Assembly (NCBI GenBank): GCA_977030845.1
Contig: OZ365113.1
Location: 38,936,001 to 39,000,000, forward strand
From: Fimbriosthenelais zetlandica
Taxonomy: Eukaryota
Reading direction: 5' to 3'
Length of the DNA: 64,000 bases
Position 1 is the first letter of the stretch; every line of letters begins with the position of its first letter. This document shows positions 1 through 13,500 of the stretch, piece after piece. A model generated the notes under the pieces. It was not told the DNA's origin and did no database searches. It was given only the letters and a program-made list of their open reading frames with translations. The position numbers and the translations under genes are program-made.

Positions 1-1477
1 ATGCTGTTGTAATGAGGATGGCCTTTAGATTCATACTTACCAAGAACTGCAAAGTATCCACTGGAGACATCACCAGTGATAGTAGTGACTAGCCTTTTGA
101 ATCTTACTTACCAAAAGAATGCTGATACAGAGCACAAATTAGAATCAATGCCAAATTTCATACATTTCTTCCGACATTGAAATACAGAATATATATTTTG
201 GAACAGAATTTTAAAAGGATGAGGTAAACAACTGCCACGAACCCACTGAAGAAGATAGTATTTTTTATTTTTGGTGAGAGCTAATTCCCTTTATAATGGA
301 AATGTTATGCCTTGTGTCACAGTTGACAAGTAAAGGATATCTCTAGGGTTTTTCCTCCGTTCTCTCTGTCACATCACAACATTCCATTCTTCCTCTCAGA
401 GCACTCGATATAGCTAGTTCCCAGGCAGCTCTTGACACCAACTCCAATCAAGTACGCACTTTTTGCACATCTAAGGCCATTAGCCGGGACATGATTGGTC
501 ATATTGCTCCAAAAACATCGTGGAAGACTTGAAACAACTCGCATTAATATGCTCTGTGGTTGTTAGGTTTTTTACAACACCATTTGAACATAATCTGCTG
601 GTTTGTTTCAGTTTCTGTTTTGCGTGGAGAATAAATATTAATTCATCTCCTTCAAAATCCTTCACCCTCTCCTTGACTCGGTATGCAGTGAATGGGAATG
701 AATTCTTGACAAGGGCATATTTGTGAAGAGGGGATGGGAGAATTGTAGGTGTCGAGGGGATGGGAGGGGTGAGGATAGAGAGGTTGGGGCGAGGAATGGC
801 CTCGAGGGCTCTGGACTTGGGAATTCGACCAAATCCAATGTCAAGTTCCACAAATGCCAGTAAACACTTATAGCATCCGTCAGGTGGGTCTATCTGTGTC
901 CTGGGTGAGCTGTAATACAGTTCCCTCTGAATACAGAATGCTCTCAACTGGACCATGTCAGGGAAGAGGCGTGGGTGGGGCATGATTTGATGGAGTGAGT
1001 CTAGGGAATGTGAATCCTGTCCCCTTAAGGATCTATCTCCTGCCTCAGCCATTATCTTTCACCATTGGATATAAATGGTTTTTTTCACCACTCAGGAACG
1101 CCTCCTTTCGTCTCCTTGCCGAACAAGGACTGTGGTCTTGTACATGGCTGTTGAGGTGTATGTGTAAGAGGCATGAATCACTCATTCAGATAATGAGTTT
1201 TGTGCATGAAAAACCGACATAGCTAACCTTGGTATGAATACATATATAAATCTGTACTCTAGTCTGGCTGCTTTTTTTATATGTTATATTGTAGCATGCA
1301 CTCGATCCTGTGACAGTTTCTTGTAAAGCCCCTCTACTCCATATTCCGATAATTATCAGATCCATTGTGCTTATGAATCACTCGTTCATTTGTTTTCTCT
1401 AGCGATATACATTGATTAATAACTTCCCTCACACCAGTTTGCCTTTGGTTCCTAATTTACCTGATTTTATTTTTCAG

Positions 1478-1588
1478 GATTATTTGTTGTCCAGACCCAA
1501 GGTGCACACCATCGATGGCCGAGAGATGGTCTTGAAGATGAGAAGAAACATGCAGACCATGTTAGAAAAGAAAGTGGACGCCATAAAG
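1478..1588 (+). CDS. CACNA2D3: alpha2delta exon, phase 0-0 ([37 protein letters not shown])
   Basis: ttttcag|...aag|gtaaat; resembles the N-terminal IDG..LVKK...MEEMF.KK helix of alpha2delta-3. Confidence 0.88.
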
Positions 1589-4500
1589 GTAAATGATTTT
1601 TTGTGTGCAAACAATATCAGAAACAGTCTTTCAATGGCTTTTGTTACGCTTACACCAATTCATCATATCTATTAGTTTCTATATAATATGCAGGAGGACA
1701 TAAAACTTTTCTCACATTAGATTCCCAATGGGAAAGAAATTGCCGCTGTCAAAGCTTGCTGCATCGTTGTGGCAATCTAAGGGCAGCAGCCACCATCTTA
1801 TGATTCAAGGAAGGTCGCAGCAAAGAGAAGGTCTGAAGCTTTTTCAAGTCAAGTATAGTCTAGACCTGACAGCTGGAGGCATAAAACCCACCCTCTGTCA
1901 GACGTCTGTGACAGTTACTCATGACTTATTCTCCAGTTTCTGTCATAGATCACTCCGTCTGTGACAAATCCTACACACATTTTCTTTTACTCCACACCAC
2001 TGGAAACCTGAGACTCACTCATAAAAAATAGTGGCATCCATCAATATGTGGCTGCTTTCCATGGTTTTCTATGGTACTCAGTTCAGCCTTTGAGAAATGT
2101 TTATCCCTATGCAAGAGGAATATATTTGGTCATTGGATCTGTGTTCAGTAATGCCATCAAACAGTAATATAAGATGGTTATATCTGTAATGCACCATAGC
2201 ATTGTTTAGCATACATTGTCGATTCTTCATTACAAATTAATACAAAAGATGGGCCTACTTGACGGTCCACGTTTTCACTGGGAAAACAAAGGCCGAAGCA
2301 AAATCAGTCTTAATTTGAAATGCCATTTTGGCTCATTACTTGTGATAAAAACGACACCAGGGTCTAGTAAATGCATGAGGAACTGTTTTGCAATTAATCG
2401 ATCGTGTTCTTTCAATTGAATCTTTTCCACTCTCATGGCACGCACGTGTTTCTCAGCCATCCTTCAACAAACACGTAGCCACTTTTTGCCAGGAATGGTG
2501 GGCATTTCTTGTTCCTACAGGAATCTGTTCCATTAACCACGAACTTTCATTGGAATATCTCTTTCTCTGGCAAGGATTTATTGTTATAGTTTCAAGCAAT
2601 GTGTCTTTCATTCCCTTAGATTTATGTTCTCAGACCACGGAAAGGAGCGTTATTATATACGCTACCTTTTTGTAAGCTTCGTAAAGTTCTGGGTTTCATT
2701 CCCACGTTCTTGTGTGAGGTCTCACGTGATCTTAAGCTGCTTCATTGTTTCCTCTACAATGAAATACTTGTCCCTCCTGCTGTGAGAGCAGTGGGATTCG
2801 ATATACATTCTTCTATACCTGAAGGATTGAAAGTAGAAATGAAGACTTAGTACTGAACACCTCGATTAACCGTCATCTGCATATATGGTCAATACGGATA
2901 GGAAAGAAAAGTTTCTGTTCACTTTTTTCTTGGGATCATGATATTTTTCTTGAAGTCTAGGATTAGATGAAATTTCTATGTCAGATATAGATTTTTTTCA
3001 TTCTCTTGAATTTCTCTTGACTTTCTTTGTAGGAAATGCCCTTATATATATATAGATATCAATCTTGTCTAAATTTCGTACACATTGGGTCTGAGTCAGC
3101 AGTTGCTAAAGTGTTAAGCCCTTCCAGCTGTTTTCCCCAGCAGTAGATGTTGCTGTATCCACTCTCTAATGTCTTGTGTGGCCAATGAAATTAGCCCTGC
3201 CTTTAAGGCGAGGTATCTGCTCTTCTTTCCAGTGTCGATCATGGAATGTTCCCTTTTCCTGGACACCAATGTGTCATTGAACAGTAAGGAATCCTGACAA
3301 AATGGCTGACTTAATTTGTCAACGATTACTTTCATTGAGTTTTGTTCTCCTCCGCAGCAGGATTTAATTGATGAAGCTCGAGGTTGCTAATTTGATACAG
3401 TACTGTATTGCAGGGTATAACATGCCTGTTTTATATGCTGCTTATACCCAGCATCAACACTTTGCCGATATACTTGTCTCCAAACGAGAACAAGAAACCT
3501 GTGTCAACCCTACTCTGGCTAAGGTCATCCGCTGACTACAAGTACCCTCCTTGTCAGAGGGATATAAATACCTGTTGAGATTAAGGGTGGAGAGAGAGGA
3601 CCAGCTTTTGGCCAATAATGCTCTGCTTTATTGGCCTATATTGGATTTGATAGGGATTGATTGCTTCACTATTACTGGTCTATCCATGGCCCTTTGTCCT
3701 TGCGTCCCTTCAAGATTATTGCCAAGTAGGTAATTGGCTAATGCACAGCCATACCCCGTCTTTCATATCGGAGATGAACTGCAGGAGAATATTGCAATAT
3801 GACCAGGATGGTTATTTGTTCTTCATCTTAACATGACTCTGATGGATATCTGACATCATCTGTTATCAGAAGCAGGGCCTCTGTCTATGAAGTATTCAGT
3901 AATTGAGTGTTTCTTGTCGCAGTAAGATCTAAATTGCCTGTACTAATCAATTTTTACTTTTGCTGCGCGATTTCTAAAGGCTTTCAGTTTTCTTATTGAC
4001 TTCACCGTTTTTTACCTCGACAAATGCTTTCAGAAAATCAAGAGGGACAGAGAGAAAAAATGTATTAAAATCCTCTGCTGTGAATAATTGAGTACATTTT
4101 ACATTCTGCAAGCGTCCTGCTTAGATTGGGTCAAATTTGATCCAATGAGTGAAAGAAGATCAAAGGAAATGTGACTTGAATAATATTGGCTGCTTGCAGA
4201 CTACACAAGGTGTCCCTACCTTCTGTGGGGGAAAATACTTCAATTGCACTCCGGGAGGAACCTGATCTGGGACATGCGCCTGATAATAAAAGTCAGTGGT
4301 GCTTCAACTTTGCCTTTCTGCTGACCTGAGCAACAGAAGCCTGGCCATCGTGACTTCATTAAAGCCTCTGAGATGGCACCGCCCCTATGCCCTCACACAC
4401 TCCGTACCGACTTTTTCTTGCCTGGGGGGAAATATAGTTAGGTGGCTAGAGTTTCTGAGGATCCTGTCTGTACGTGAAATCGAAGATGAAGATTCACCAC

Positions 4501-7500
4501 GACTGTCTGTTGTTTCAAGGAGTTTCAATTCTAGCGCTGAACTGTTAAAACCTCGCCCATCACCTAGGGAATAACATAGTCCTGATCTGCCCTCATTACG
4601 CTCAATTAAAGCAGGTTAATTGTGCTTGATTGAAAAATTGATGCTTCCTTTCAAATGATTTCTACACTAATGGCTGATTTCTAAATGGATTTCAGCCCCG
4701 GGTTGCAGTTATTTCCGTCAGTTTTATGGCTCTTCTAATGTTTCAAGTTCAGCTGCTTCATTGGATATTTTGTTCTTCATTTGTGTTGCATCTTTTCTAT
4801 TTCTAAGATTTCTGTTCTAATATCCTATACTGAATATGGACATCCACAAGGATTTAATAAAATGACTAATTTAACCATTCCAGCCTATCATTCATTATTG
4901 GAGGCCATATTTACAAGAGACGGTCTACTTTATTGAAGCATTTTTTGACCCACTGATATGAGCAAATACAAACATGAACGCTGACCCCCTTTGGTCTGTT
5001 CTGCTCCTTTTGGCCTGTTTGATAGTCACCATCCGTGCCTGCACTCTTTGTCAAGTATTGACACAAGTAAAATGGCTTAGCTTGTCAAACACGTGGAGGA
5101 CAGTTGGGCTGATGGATCGAGAATGATGGTTTACCCAATTGATCGCGTTCGTGGTCGCGTATATATAGTGTAAGCGAGACAAGTTGTTGTCTACCATCAG
5201 ACACGATCCACTCCCTCCATATACTACCTGTTCCTTTGGATCCAGTCATGCCCACAAACATACTCACAGACAGGGCTTATGCTCCAACTGTATGTGTATA
5301 TTGCCCCCCTTGGATAAGGTCTAGTATGTTTGCAAAGAGCTGGCAAAAAGATATTGCTGGGAGTTTTGCCTGTGTATCGTGGATTGGGCATATGTCCAGC
5401 AGTATGCCAGGCAACACAAAGCAACAAGTGGAAGTATTATCTGCTTGGCTGCAGTTGCTCAGAAGACAGTCTTGCGATGGCATTCTCGAAAGTATATCTG
5501 CTTTGGTATGAACATAGTTGCTGGACTTATAGTTTGTGTTTCTTTCTGCTCATATATAACTGGGAATCTGTAGGCGTAACTAGACCCAAACTTCAAGCCT
5601 AATGATATGATAATAGGCTCGGGATGTACTTCAATAGCCTGGGTGTATATCATTATGACATAAATCAACTAAACATACAAGCCGACCCAGCCAGGACAAA
5701 CTGAAATTAAGCTCTTCAATCCTTTCCTCGATCCATTCCTACATTTCTAAAGAAATCATTTCTTTAATTTATTACAAAGAGATCCCACTGTCCTTGATTA
5801 ACAGTGGACAGAGCGCCCCATCCATCAAAAAGCCCTGTGCGTCTCAAGATCTCCTCAAACAAAAGAGATAATCAATGGAACAGTCCCCTGTCAACATTGC
5901 CTATAGTCTTGTCCCAGATCCACCGGACACAGCCCTGAGATCGTGTTGCTGTTTTGAGAACATGCTTTTAGCCATATCCTGTATGAAAGCGATCAGTAGG
6001 AGAGTGTCTCAGATGATATATTCACAGTATACTCTGACTAAATGAAAGCAGTGTTGCAGACATATTATAACAAAATGTAAGCACGACTCTGTATCTAACA
6101 GAAGAAACTTCAGTGTAGCAAGGATGACATTGGTAGATCTTATTGCTCTTGCCGAAAAATCGACCTATCATCCAATGTTAGAAACTACATCCCTGGGTGC
6201 CCTTTTGTGACAGGTAGCCTTTATTTAAGGTCTGTCCAAAATGTCCCTGATGCCTCTAACTTGTGAACGTCTCCCTCTGATCATGAATGATTTAAAAATG
6301 GGAGCTTGTCGTCTCTGATACCGAACCTTGTCAGGCGTGCCATTGCATTCATTAACGTGCTGCTGTGGAGCATGGTGAAGTAGCCATGAGGACGGGGTGA
6401 TTTAGTCGTGGAGAGAAATGATATACGCCATTTACGACGACCAGCAAGATGGAGATGCAGGACTGGAGATGCTGGTGAGTGGTCGTTTTTAGAGGTAAAC
6501 ATTGTGTCATCTTATATCAGAAAACTCAGCAAAAGCAGCCTTCAGAGAAGTGTGCCGTCCCTCTTAAGAGGCACGTGACCCCAATATGTATCGGACAGCA
6601 GTTGTGACGTCACTGGCAGGGACTGACGTCACGTCTGAGATGTGGGGCAGTGATTGAATGGACAGGGAAGATATGGAAACATGTCTGCTTCCTTTCGTGT
6701 TGGATAATCTCAGAAATTACTGGTGAGGGATCATGAGATTTGGTGAGTAGTTGGTGAGGGTGAGATTCTGACTCATGATTGTCATCAGCTCTATCTGGCA
6801 GTGGTCAGTATGATGTCATGATTGACAGGTGGGTACTGCCACTCTGATGCCTGATCCAGCAGAGCTAATTAATAGTCGCTGCTAAGGATAGGCCTCAAAC
6901 TTTAAAAAGTTAGGTTTTGCGTTAATAGAAGAACATGCAGGAAAATGAAAGCAGTAAAGTCGAGATTGCATCCAGGTCAAGGGGTTGGTCCTCGCGCTAC
7001 ATCTGTCTCTGGTGTAAAGTACTTTGCTTCAGCACTCGACGCTCTCAACAGATTCGATGGGAGAGGTGGTTGCAAATCAAACAACTGAGGGATTCAATGG
7101 CCAGCTGGTAATGCAGTAATCTGGGTCAAGATGAGTTGTAAATCAATGACACAATATCCAAGTAGACTCCCCTGCCATTTTATCCTGCTGAGAAATAGGA
7201 TGGATCAGAAAGGCGACAGATATACCAAAAGTTAAATTTAAGTGTTAGCCTAGGCCTACAGTGGAGGAAGTGATTGATGCCCTGTTTTGTTCCTTTCGAA
7301 GACGTCTGTTGAGGGATGTTAGACATCTTGTGAGTTTATTCTGTCTCCACTACCCAACAGATGTACCTTCCATGGCACCGTGGCGCAAGTGTCATTAGCT
7401 TTCGACACGGCAAAGTCCATCACAAAACATGGGCCATAAAAAGCCCAGGCGTTGTCAGCACTGCGCCCAAAACTCTTCTATCAACAGACAACTCATGTTC

Positions 7501-10500
7501 AGGCATAGGTCTGCATAGTGTTCAAATAAAAATGAACTTGTGGAGGAAATTAGGCAGAAGGAAAAGAAAGTAGAAAGGAAATTATTCTCAAAACCTGATC
7601 TGCATTCAATGTGTCACCTCAGGTAGCTTTTTGTGTGACTGGAATGAAGCAGCAAGGAATTCTTTCAGCGAATACATATATATGTTCGGCAGTATGGCCC
7701 CAACAATGTCAGTTTTAAATCCTGCTGCTATCTCGTTCATCTTTGCTATGAAATGCCATGCAATCAGTCCTAACCTATAAGTGTGGATGGAATTTTCCCT
7801 TGGGACAAACAATTCCTATCCCCAATGTTTTGGTCGGGAATGGGGACATATTAAGGACAAAATGAAATTGAACATTTTTCGGTCAAAGGTGAACCAACCT
7901 AGGATGGGGATTAAAGGAAGGCTTTTATTTTTCCTCAAGGCTTTACATCCCAAAAGTCCCTGTCACTGCTTAAGGTGCTTAAGGACTGCGAACGATTTGC
8001 TTTGATGTAGGGCTACTGAACAAGTGCTATAAGTCTCAAAGGGCATTTACTGCCATTAAGAGGGCCACCCGGCCTCTCAAGGCTCAGAGCCTCCAGTCAT
8101 TCGCAGGCCACGATGTTTAAATGTATATACATTGTACAAGGACATTGGATTAATGCGAGACAAATCAATACTTATATTGTATGTTATATTTATGAATAGT
8201 GTGTAATGATAATCTTGCACATGTACGGCAATCGGTATGTTGGGAGAACCAGTACCTATTCTTTCTATATTGCATGGAGCATTTTTAGAGTAATTTTCTA
8301 TATTTGATTCCGCTACATTTAGTTAAAGCCTATACATTAAGTGCTACTGTGTACAAGCATACTTTTTGTATACTTCTTAAACCCTAACCTGAAAACCTCC
8401 CTACTTCCTATATACTACTAGTTAAGATATATACATGTACCATTATTTGAATATAAACTGTTCAACCCGAATATACATGTATATACTGTCGGCACATTTT
8501 TTTTCCTCTGAATCCACTCAACCTTCATTAATTATTCACAAATCCCACGTGACACACATACATTCCTCATATTAATCATCACTGATTACCATGGCAACCG
8601 AAATGAATGCTCAAGGACGCCATGCATGTGGATGATTACCTTGTTTTCTATATAGGTTTCCTGCTGCTTTTAAGAATATGAGCAATTAGCTATTGTCAAG
8701 AATATGTTTCTATTTAGGTATGTACATGTGTAGGTATATGTATACATTCGCCTCCCAGTAATGCACTGATGAATTAGCCCATATTTTCCAGAAATCTGAT
8801 GGGGAGAGAGAGCGTTGTGCAGGTTGTATTGGGATGATTTGGTCTGAGAGACATTTTCTTATCAAGCGGAGCCTGTGGTGGGATATTTATAGAGAATTGA
8901 GACTGAAGGCAAAATGGAAAGCGATGTTTATTGATTGTATATTGCTGTTGATATAGGCGACACACTATGCTAAGGCCGAAAGGTATACATGATTGTATTT
9001 GCAGTAATAACAGAAAAACTTGCTGGACTAAGGCACCCCTCCAACGAATCTATATTGTTAACTCATAACAAAGTATGTTTTGAGCAGGAGCAGTACATTG
9101 TACTCTTTAAGGTTAAATAAGCAGCCTATATGGAGATAGTGGAGAGCTAACTATGTCACTTCATATCATCATCATAGACCTTTGTGGGTCTACGTCCTTG
9201 AACTAGGCTTATCTAACACGACCAGCCTCCCATGCCAATAGACAGTGGAAGTGGCTTCTAATAGATGCTTCGCTCTATAATAGCTCCCACCTCCCATTAA
9301 AAGGTCAATAAGTGGGTGATTGCCTTATGACCTTTCCAATGGGCAGACCAATCTAGGAGGTGTCTCCCACTGTCAGCATACATACCCTCCGCCCACCACT
9401 TCATTTCTTAACTGGTAATTTTGTAAATTACATAAGTGCTTTGTACAATTACCTTTTCCAATGCTAAATATATATTCCCTATATATCCTAGCACTTTTCC
9501 ATTGAGATATCTTCCTATTTGCAAAGATGAAGGTAGAATTGCAATTCGTGATAACAAGCTAGAAGACCGCCTGCAGTAATCGCTTTCTCAATTACTGTGA
9601 TGTTGTGGAAAAGAAGGCATCAGCCTACATCCAAAAGGTGTATGTGTATAAGTATGATCATAAAAGGATATTCTGCTTCGATATACAATGGGTGGGGGTG
9701 GTGGGGGGGGGGGGGTAGGATGCCCTGAGGCATGGATTAAGTACCGGTCATATAGCAATACATGTGATGGATTGTATCAAATAGTATCCCCCCTTCAGCC
9801 AGCCAGCAAGCAAGGTGTAATCATAATTTACCTCCACCACCCATGACCGATGATACAGAAATGGACCTTGCCTTCAGGAGACTGAGTGTTCTGTAAATAA
9901 TCCAGAAGCAGGGTGTCCTCAGCCTACACCTGTAAATCTATCTCAATCAGAATGTACGCTGATTTATTAGAGAACTCATGAGCCTTATTAATATATCATT
10001 TTCATCATGTCATGGCTATATATGACTATAGATGCGTGCATTCTCAGTTGAAGACATTTGATTTTGTACAAAAACGGGAAATGAGACGGACATTAAATCA
10101 GCAAGGATGTCACTTAAGGCACGGCATCGATGTGATAGAGCAGAGCAGAGCCGTGCTACCCACATTGTGAGATGGCACGCCAGCATCTAATATCTTATAC
10201 TAGAATTAATCATTCTTCTGCTCGCTTGTTAACATTTCTCGGACAGCTTTGCTGTGAATAGGCTAAAACCAGTCCGTAATTGCAATCCGGACTGAAATTT
10301 TCGCCTAGATATCTAGATAATGTCTATTTCGCATTGGTTATATCAAAGAAAGCCACTGATGGATGGTGGACTAATATCGAGGGAGGCCGTCCATCGATCA
10401 ACCCATCCGACACAATCACCAAGCCCACCACTCCAGGTGTGATAAGTAATTCCCATGGAAACCAACTGTGTAAACGATTGGTCGATGGCACACGTAATAA

Positions 10501-13500
10501 ACACTCGGAGGAATAATAAAGGTTTTTATCTGAATTTAGTCCCCTCTGAGGCTCTGGGAGGTCAATATTTCAGTAAGTAGGTGGTCATTATGAGAGTATA
10601 TATGACCGCTCGTGAAGCAATGAAATCGGCCCTGTTTGACCTACATAAGGAGGTGAGTCATGTCAGGACGAGGCAGTGGGAGAGAGGACTTAGGCTGGTA
10701 GAGTGTCTGTTTGACCTACATAAGCAGGAGGGTCCTTCGGTGTGTGGAAGACTTGAAGTGGGTCATGAGTGGAAAAGTTAGGACATGAGCACACAGGGTA
10801 CATACAGGCTTGTGAAGAAGGTATGACAATGTTAGGAGACAGGTGAAGGAAATGGTTAATAAAACATGATTTATGGCATTCAAAGTTCTGTATCGATGAC
10901 AGGTGAAGGGGTTAAATGTGTGCCGGGGACTAAAGCAATTAGACCCTTTGTTGGTTTCGCGTTCGCCCCGTCTAGTGCGTATATACTCTCGCGCTCACGC
11001 GCTCGAGTATATATTTACGCACTAGACGGGTCTCACGCTTAACCAACAAAGGGTCTATTTGTATAGTACCTCACTCAGGGTGTGGGCGACGCACAGACAG
11101 GGGCCTCTATATAGGCCTATGATTGATACTTGTCTAATATGAAGGTGATGGAGGTCTGGCTGGCCAATGACGGGCTTATACTATAACATAGCTAGGCCTA
11201 CTGACAGAAGTATCTGTTTCACTTTGGCTAAAGTTTTCCTCTGAAAACACTGACGGACATCTAGATGCTTGCCTTTAATAGCTTACTTTCAATATATATT
11301 CCACCAATCCGGATGAGTATACTTGTCACGTGTCATGGAAGGCCTGATGTGACCCTCCCACATGGGGTAGAGACGCCAGGTGTCTATAGCAACCATAAAA
11401 CTTATGTCCCGGCTAAGTTAGGTCTGGGATCAATCCAATCTCTGGTGTAGGTTGGGAAATACTTCCGCTGTGGCCCCACCTTGGTGTAATTTGTCATTTT
11501 CCTTCTCACCTACTTTGTCACTATAACGTTGTAACATCCCGATGTGGGCCTGCTGCAAACTCCCTAAGCAATCCACCTCTACACTGGATGCGCCACGGGA
11601 TTGATGTCCACCAACAGTTTGACCAAAATTTATGTATCGTTCACTTTTGAACTTTTTTGCTGTGGCGCAAGAAATAGATTTGCCAAACCAGGATTGCAAG
11701 GGAATCTCGGCTGGAGCCTTCACACGCCGATCAAGAAATTAATTGCAACTGGCTAAGTCGTGAATCCCAAGGGTGACATTTTCTGATGGAACTTCCAACG
11801 TTGCATCAAATAAATACTGAGTAAGGATTGTAATGGATCGGACAAGAATTAACTGATGTATTTTTCTTTGCTCCTTACAATGCACATACATATAGGCCTA
11901 AGCATCCATCGATCCATTGCGTGAATATATCTCAGACATTTACATTTATCTGTCTGGTGTCTGAGATGAGAAGATTGATGACAGTCTGTTAAACTTCGCT
12001 ATCTGCTACTTCCTCTGAAAATTTAATCAGATGAACAGATGATGAACAGATGCTGCAAAAACCTATCCCTCTTTATAATTGAAGTTGAATTATAGTTGAA
12101 TGTACCCATCAACTGATGCATTTTAGTCTCATCATGCGTTCCACACTGGCGTCTTCTTACCATCCATTCTTGATTTGCTCCTTTCATCATAACATACTCC
12201 AATTGATATTATATATCTTACATAAAACCCATTGTCTGTTTCAATATATTTTAAAATATTTCCTCGGTTGCTGTTTTATGTTATACAATATATCCAATTA
12301 CATTATCATCAGGTGCTCTGAAATGTTTAAGGTACCTGGATAGTTGGTTAGTCTGTTGGTATTTATGCGATATCATATGTACAACATGATGTCTGCGTCT
12401 GTTATGAACCGTCCAGGGCAGAGTTTCTATGCATGAAGAGATTAATAGTAGCCCAATCCTGATATCTGATAGGACAAAAGAAAGCCAAGTCACAGCCTCA
12501 TGATGGACAAGTATCATAGTGTCAGACCCTGGGAGAAAACAAAGTATATTCCGGTAGAGCCTGGATACACCGGCGACATTACCTGGGGCTTCAATTCTTC
12601 TCCTGGCCTGGGACGTGCTGAGCCTAGATCCATTGTCTTTGCCTTTGTAATGATCTGTGTTGCATATTTTACCCTTTCTATAGATGTGCTATCTGCCGGT
12701 GTTTGTCAAAATATGTTGTTCAACTATCTTGTCTCCGCCGTGTCAAAAGTTTATGCCTACCCCTAAATTGGGAAATATTGGTAAATTTTCCTTTGTCCTT
12801 CTTAGAAGTTGTGGTACATCTAAAGGGGTGTGGCATACACGTATCAGGTATAATATTGAAATGGGAAATCAGTCTGTAATCGCAACATCCAAAAGAATCC
12901 CACTGCACAGAAATAATTCACACATACCTTAGATAATAAAAGGAAACATCACATTGCCCTATGCATTTCTCATTTTGACATTTAAGGTTGATATTATCTT
13001 GATTGTCTTGAGCTACAGGGAAAAATATGTGGCCATCTTAGATCAAATCCCTCTAGATTCCTACCCATTCTTACCTGCATTCCTTCACGTGGAAGCTTAG
13101 ATAGATAGCTTTACTATTAGATTATGTATATTACCAAGGTAATTTACCAAAACGATGAATGGCATTGTGATAGGAAGTTCAGTTTCTCCATCAATATTTG
13201 ACCGACTTCTATCCCCCTCAATCCTTCTCACCAACCGTCTCCCTATAGAATGCTCTCTCCCACAAATTCTCTCTGCTCCCAAGAGAGGGATTTAGCACCA
13301 GCCAATACAGATTATCTGAAAACAGAAGGAAGTCTCTCCCCGAGGGGGGAATCATTGCCTATATCACCCATCAAGGCTCATTTATTGAAACTATAACAGC
13401 AAGGGTGATTACATTATGATCGTCCTTGAGGAAACCGCCCATGCTTGTATACTTACCCTACCTTCATTACCTTAATTAGTACCTGTCTGGAGTTGTAAGG

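Noticed and set aside
480-1052. 190-aa minus-strand ORF, and a C..C/H..W.C-like pattern at about 60-330
   Set aside because: No recognisable domain and low-complexity purine tract inside. At most a very decayed L1/Tx1 tail, too weak to call.
5000-6500. Cluster of overlapping 60-90 aa ORFs in a GC-elevated patch
   Set aside because: Probably an old transposon, but no diagnostic motif could be read in any frame.
6990-7350. Minus-strand AEAKYFT resembling the Ty3/Gypsy RT motif AKYFSTLD
   Set aside because: A single short motif with multiple stops and frameshifts; not supportable by eye.
9690-9719. Poly-G / G-quadruplex-like tracts (also about 54593-54631)
   Set aside because: Ordinary low-complexity intronic runs with no contextual support.
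12280-12910. HHEAV and GCCD motifs resembling a HEEADT/GCD-type transposase
   Set aside because: The motifs occur in the wrong order on the minus strand.
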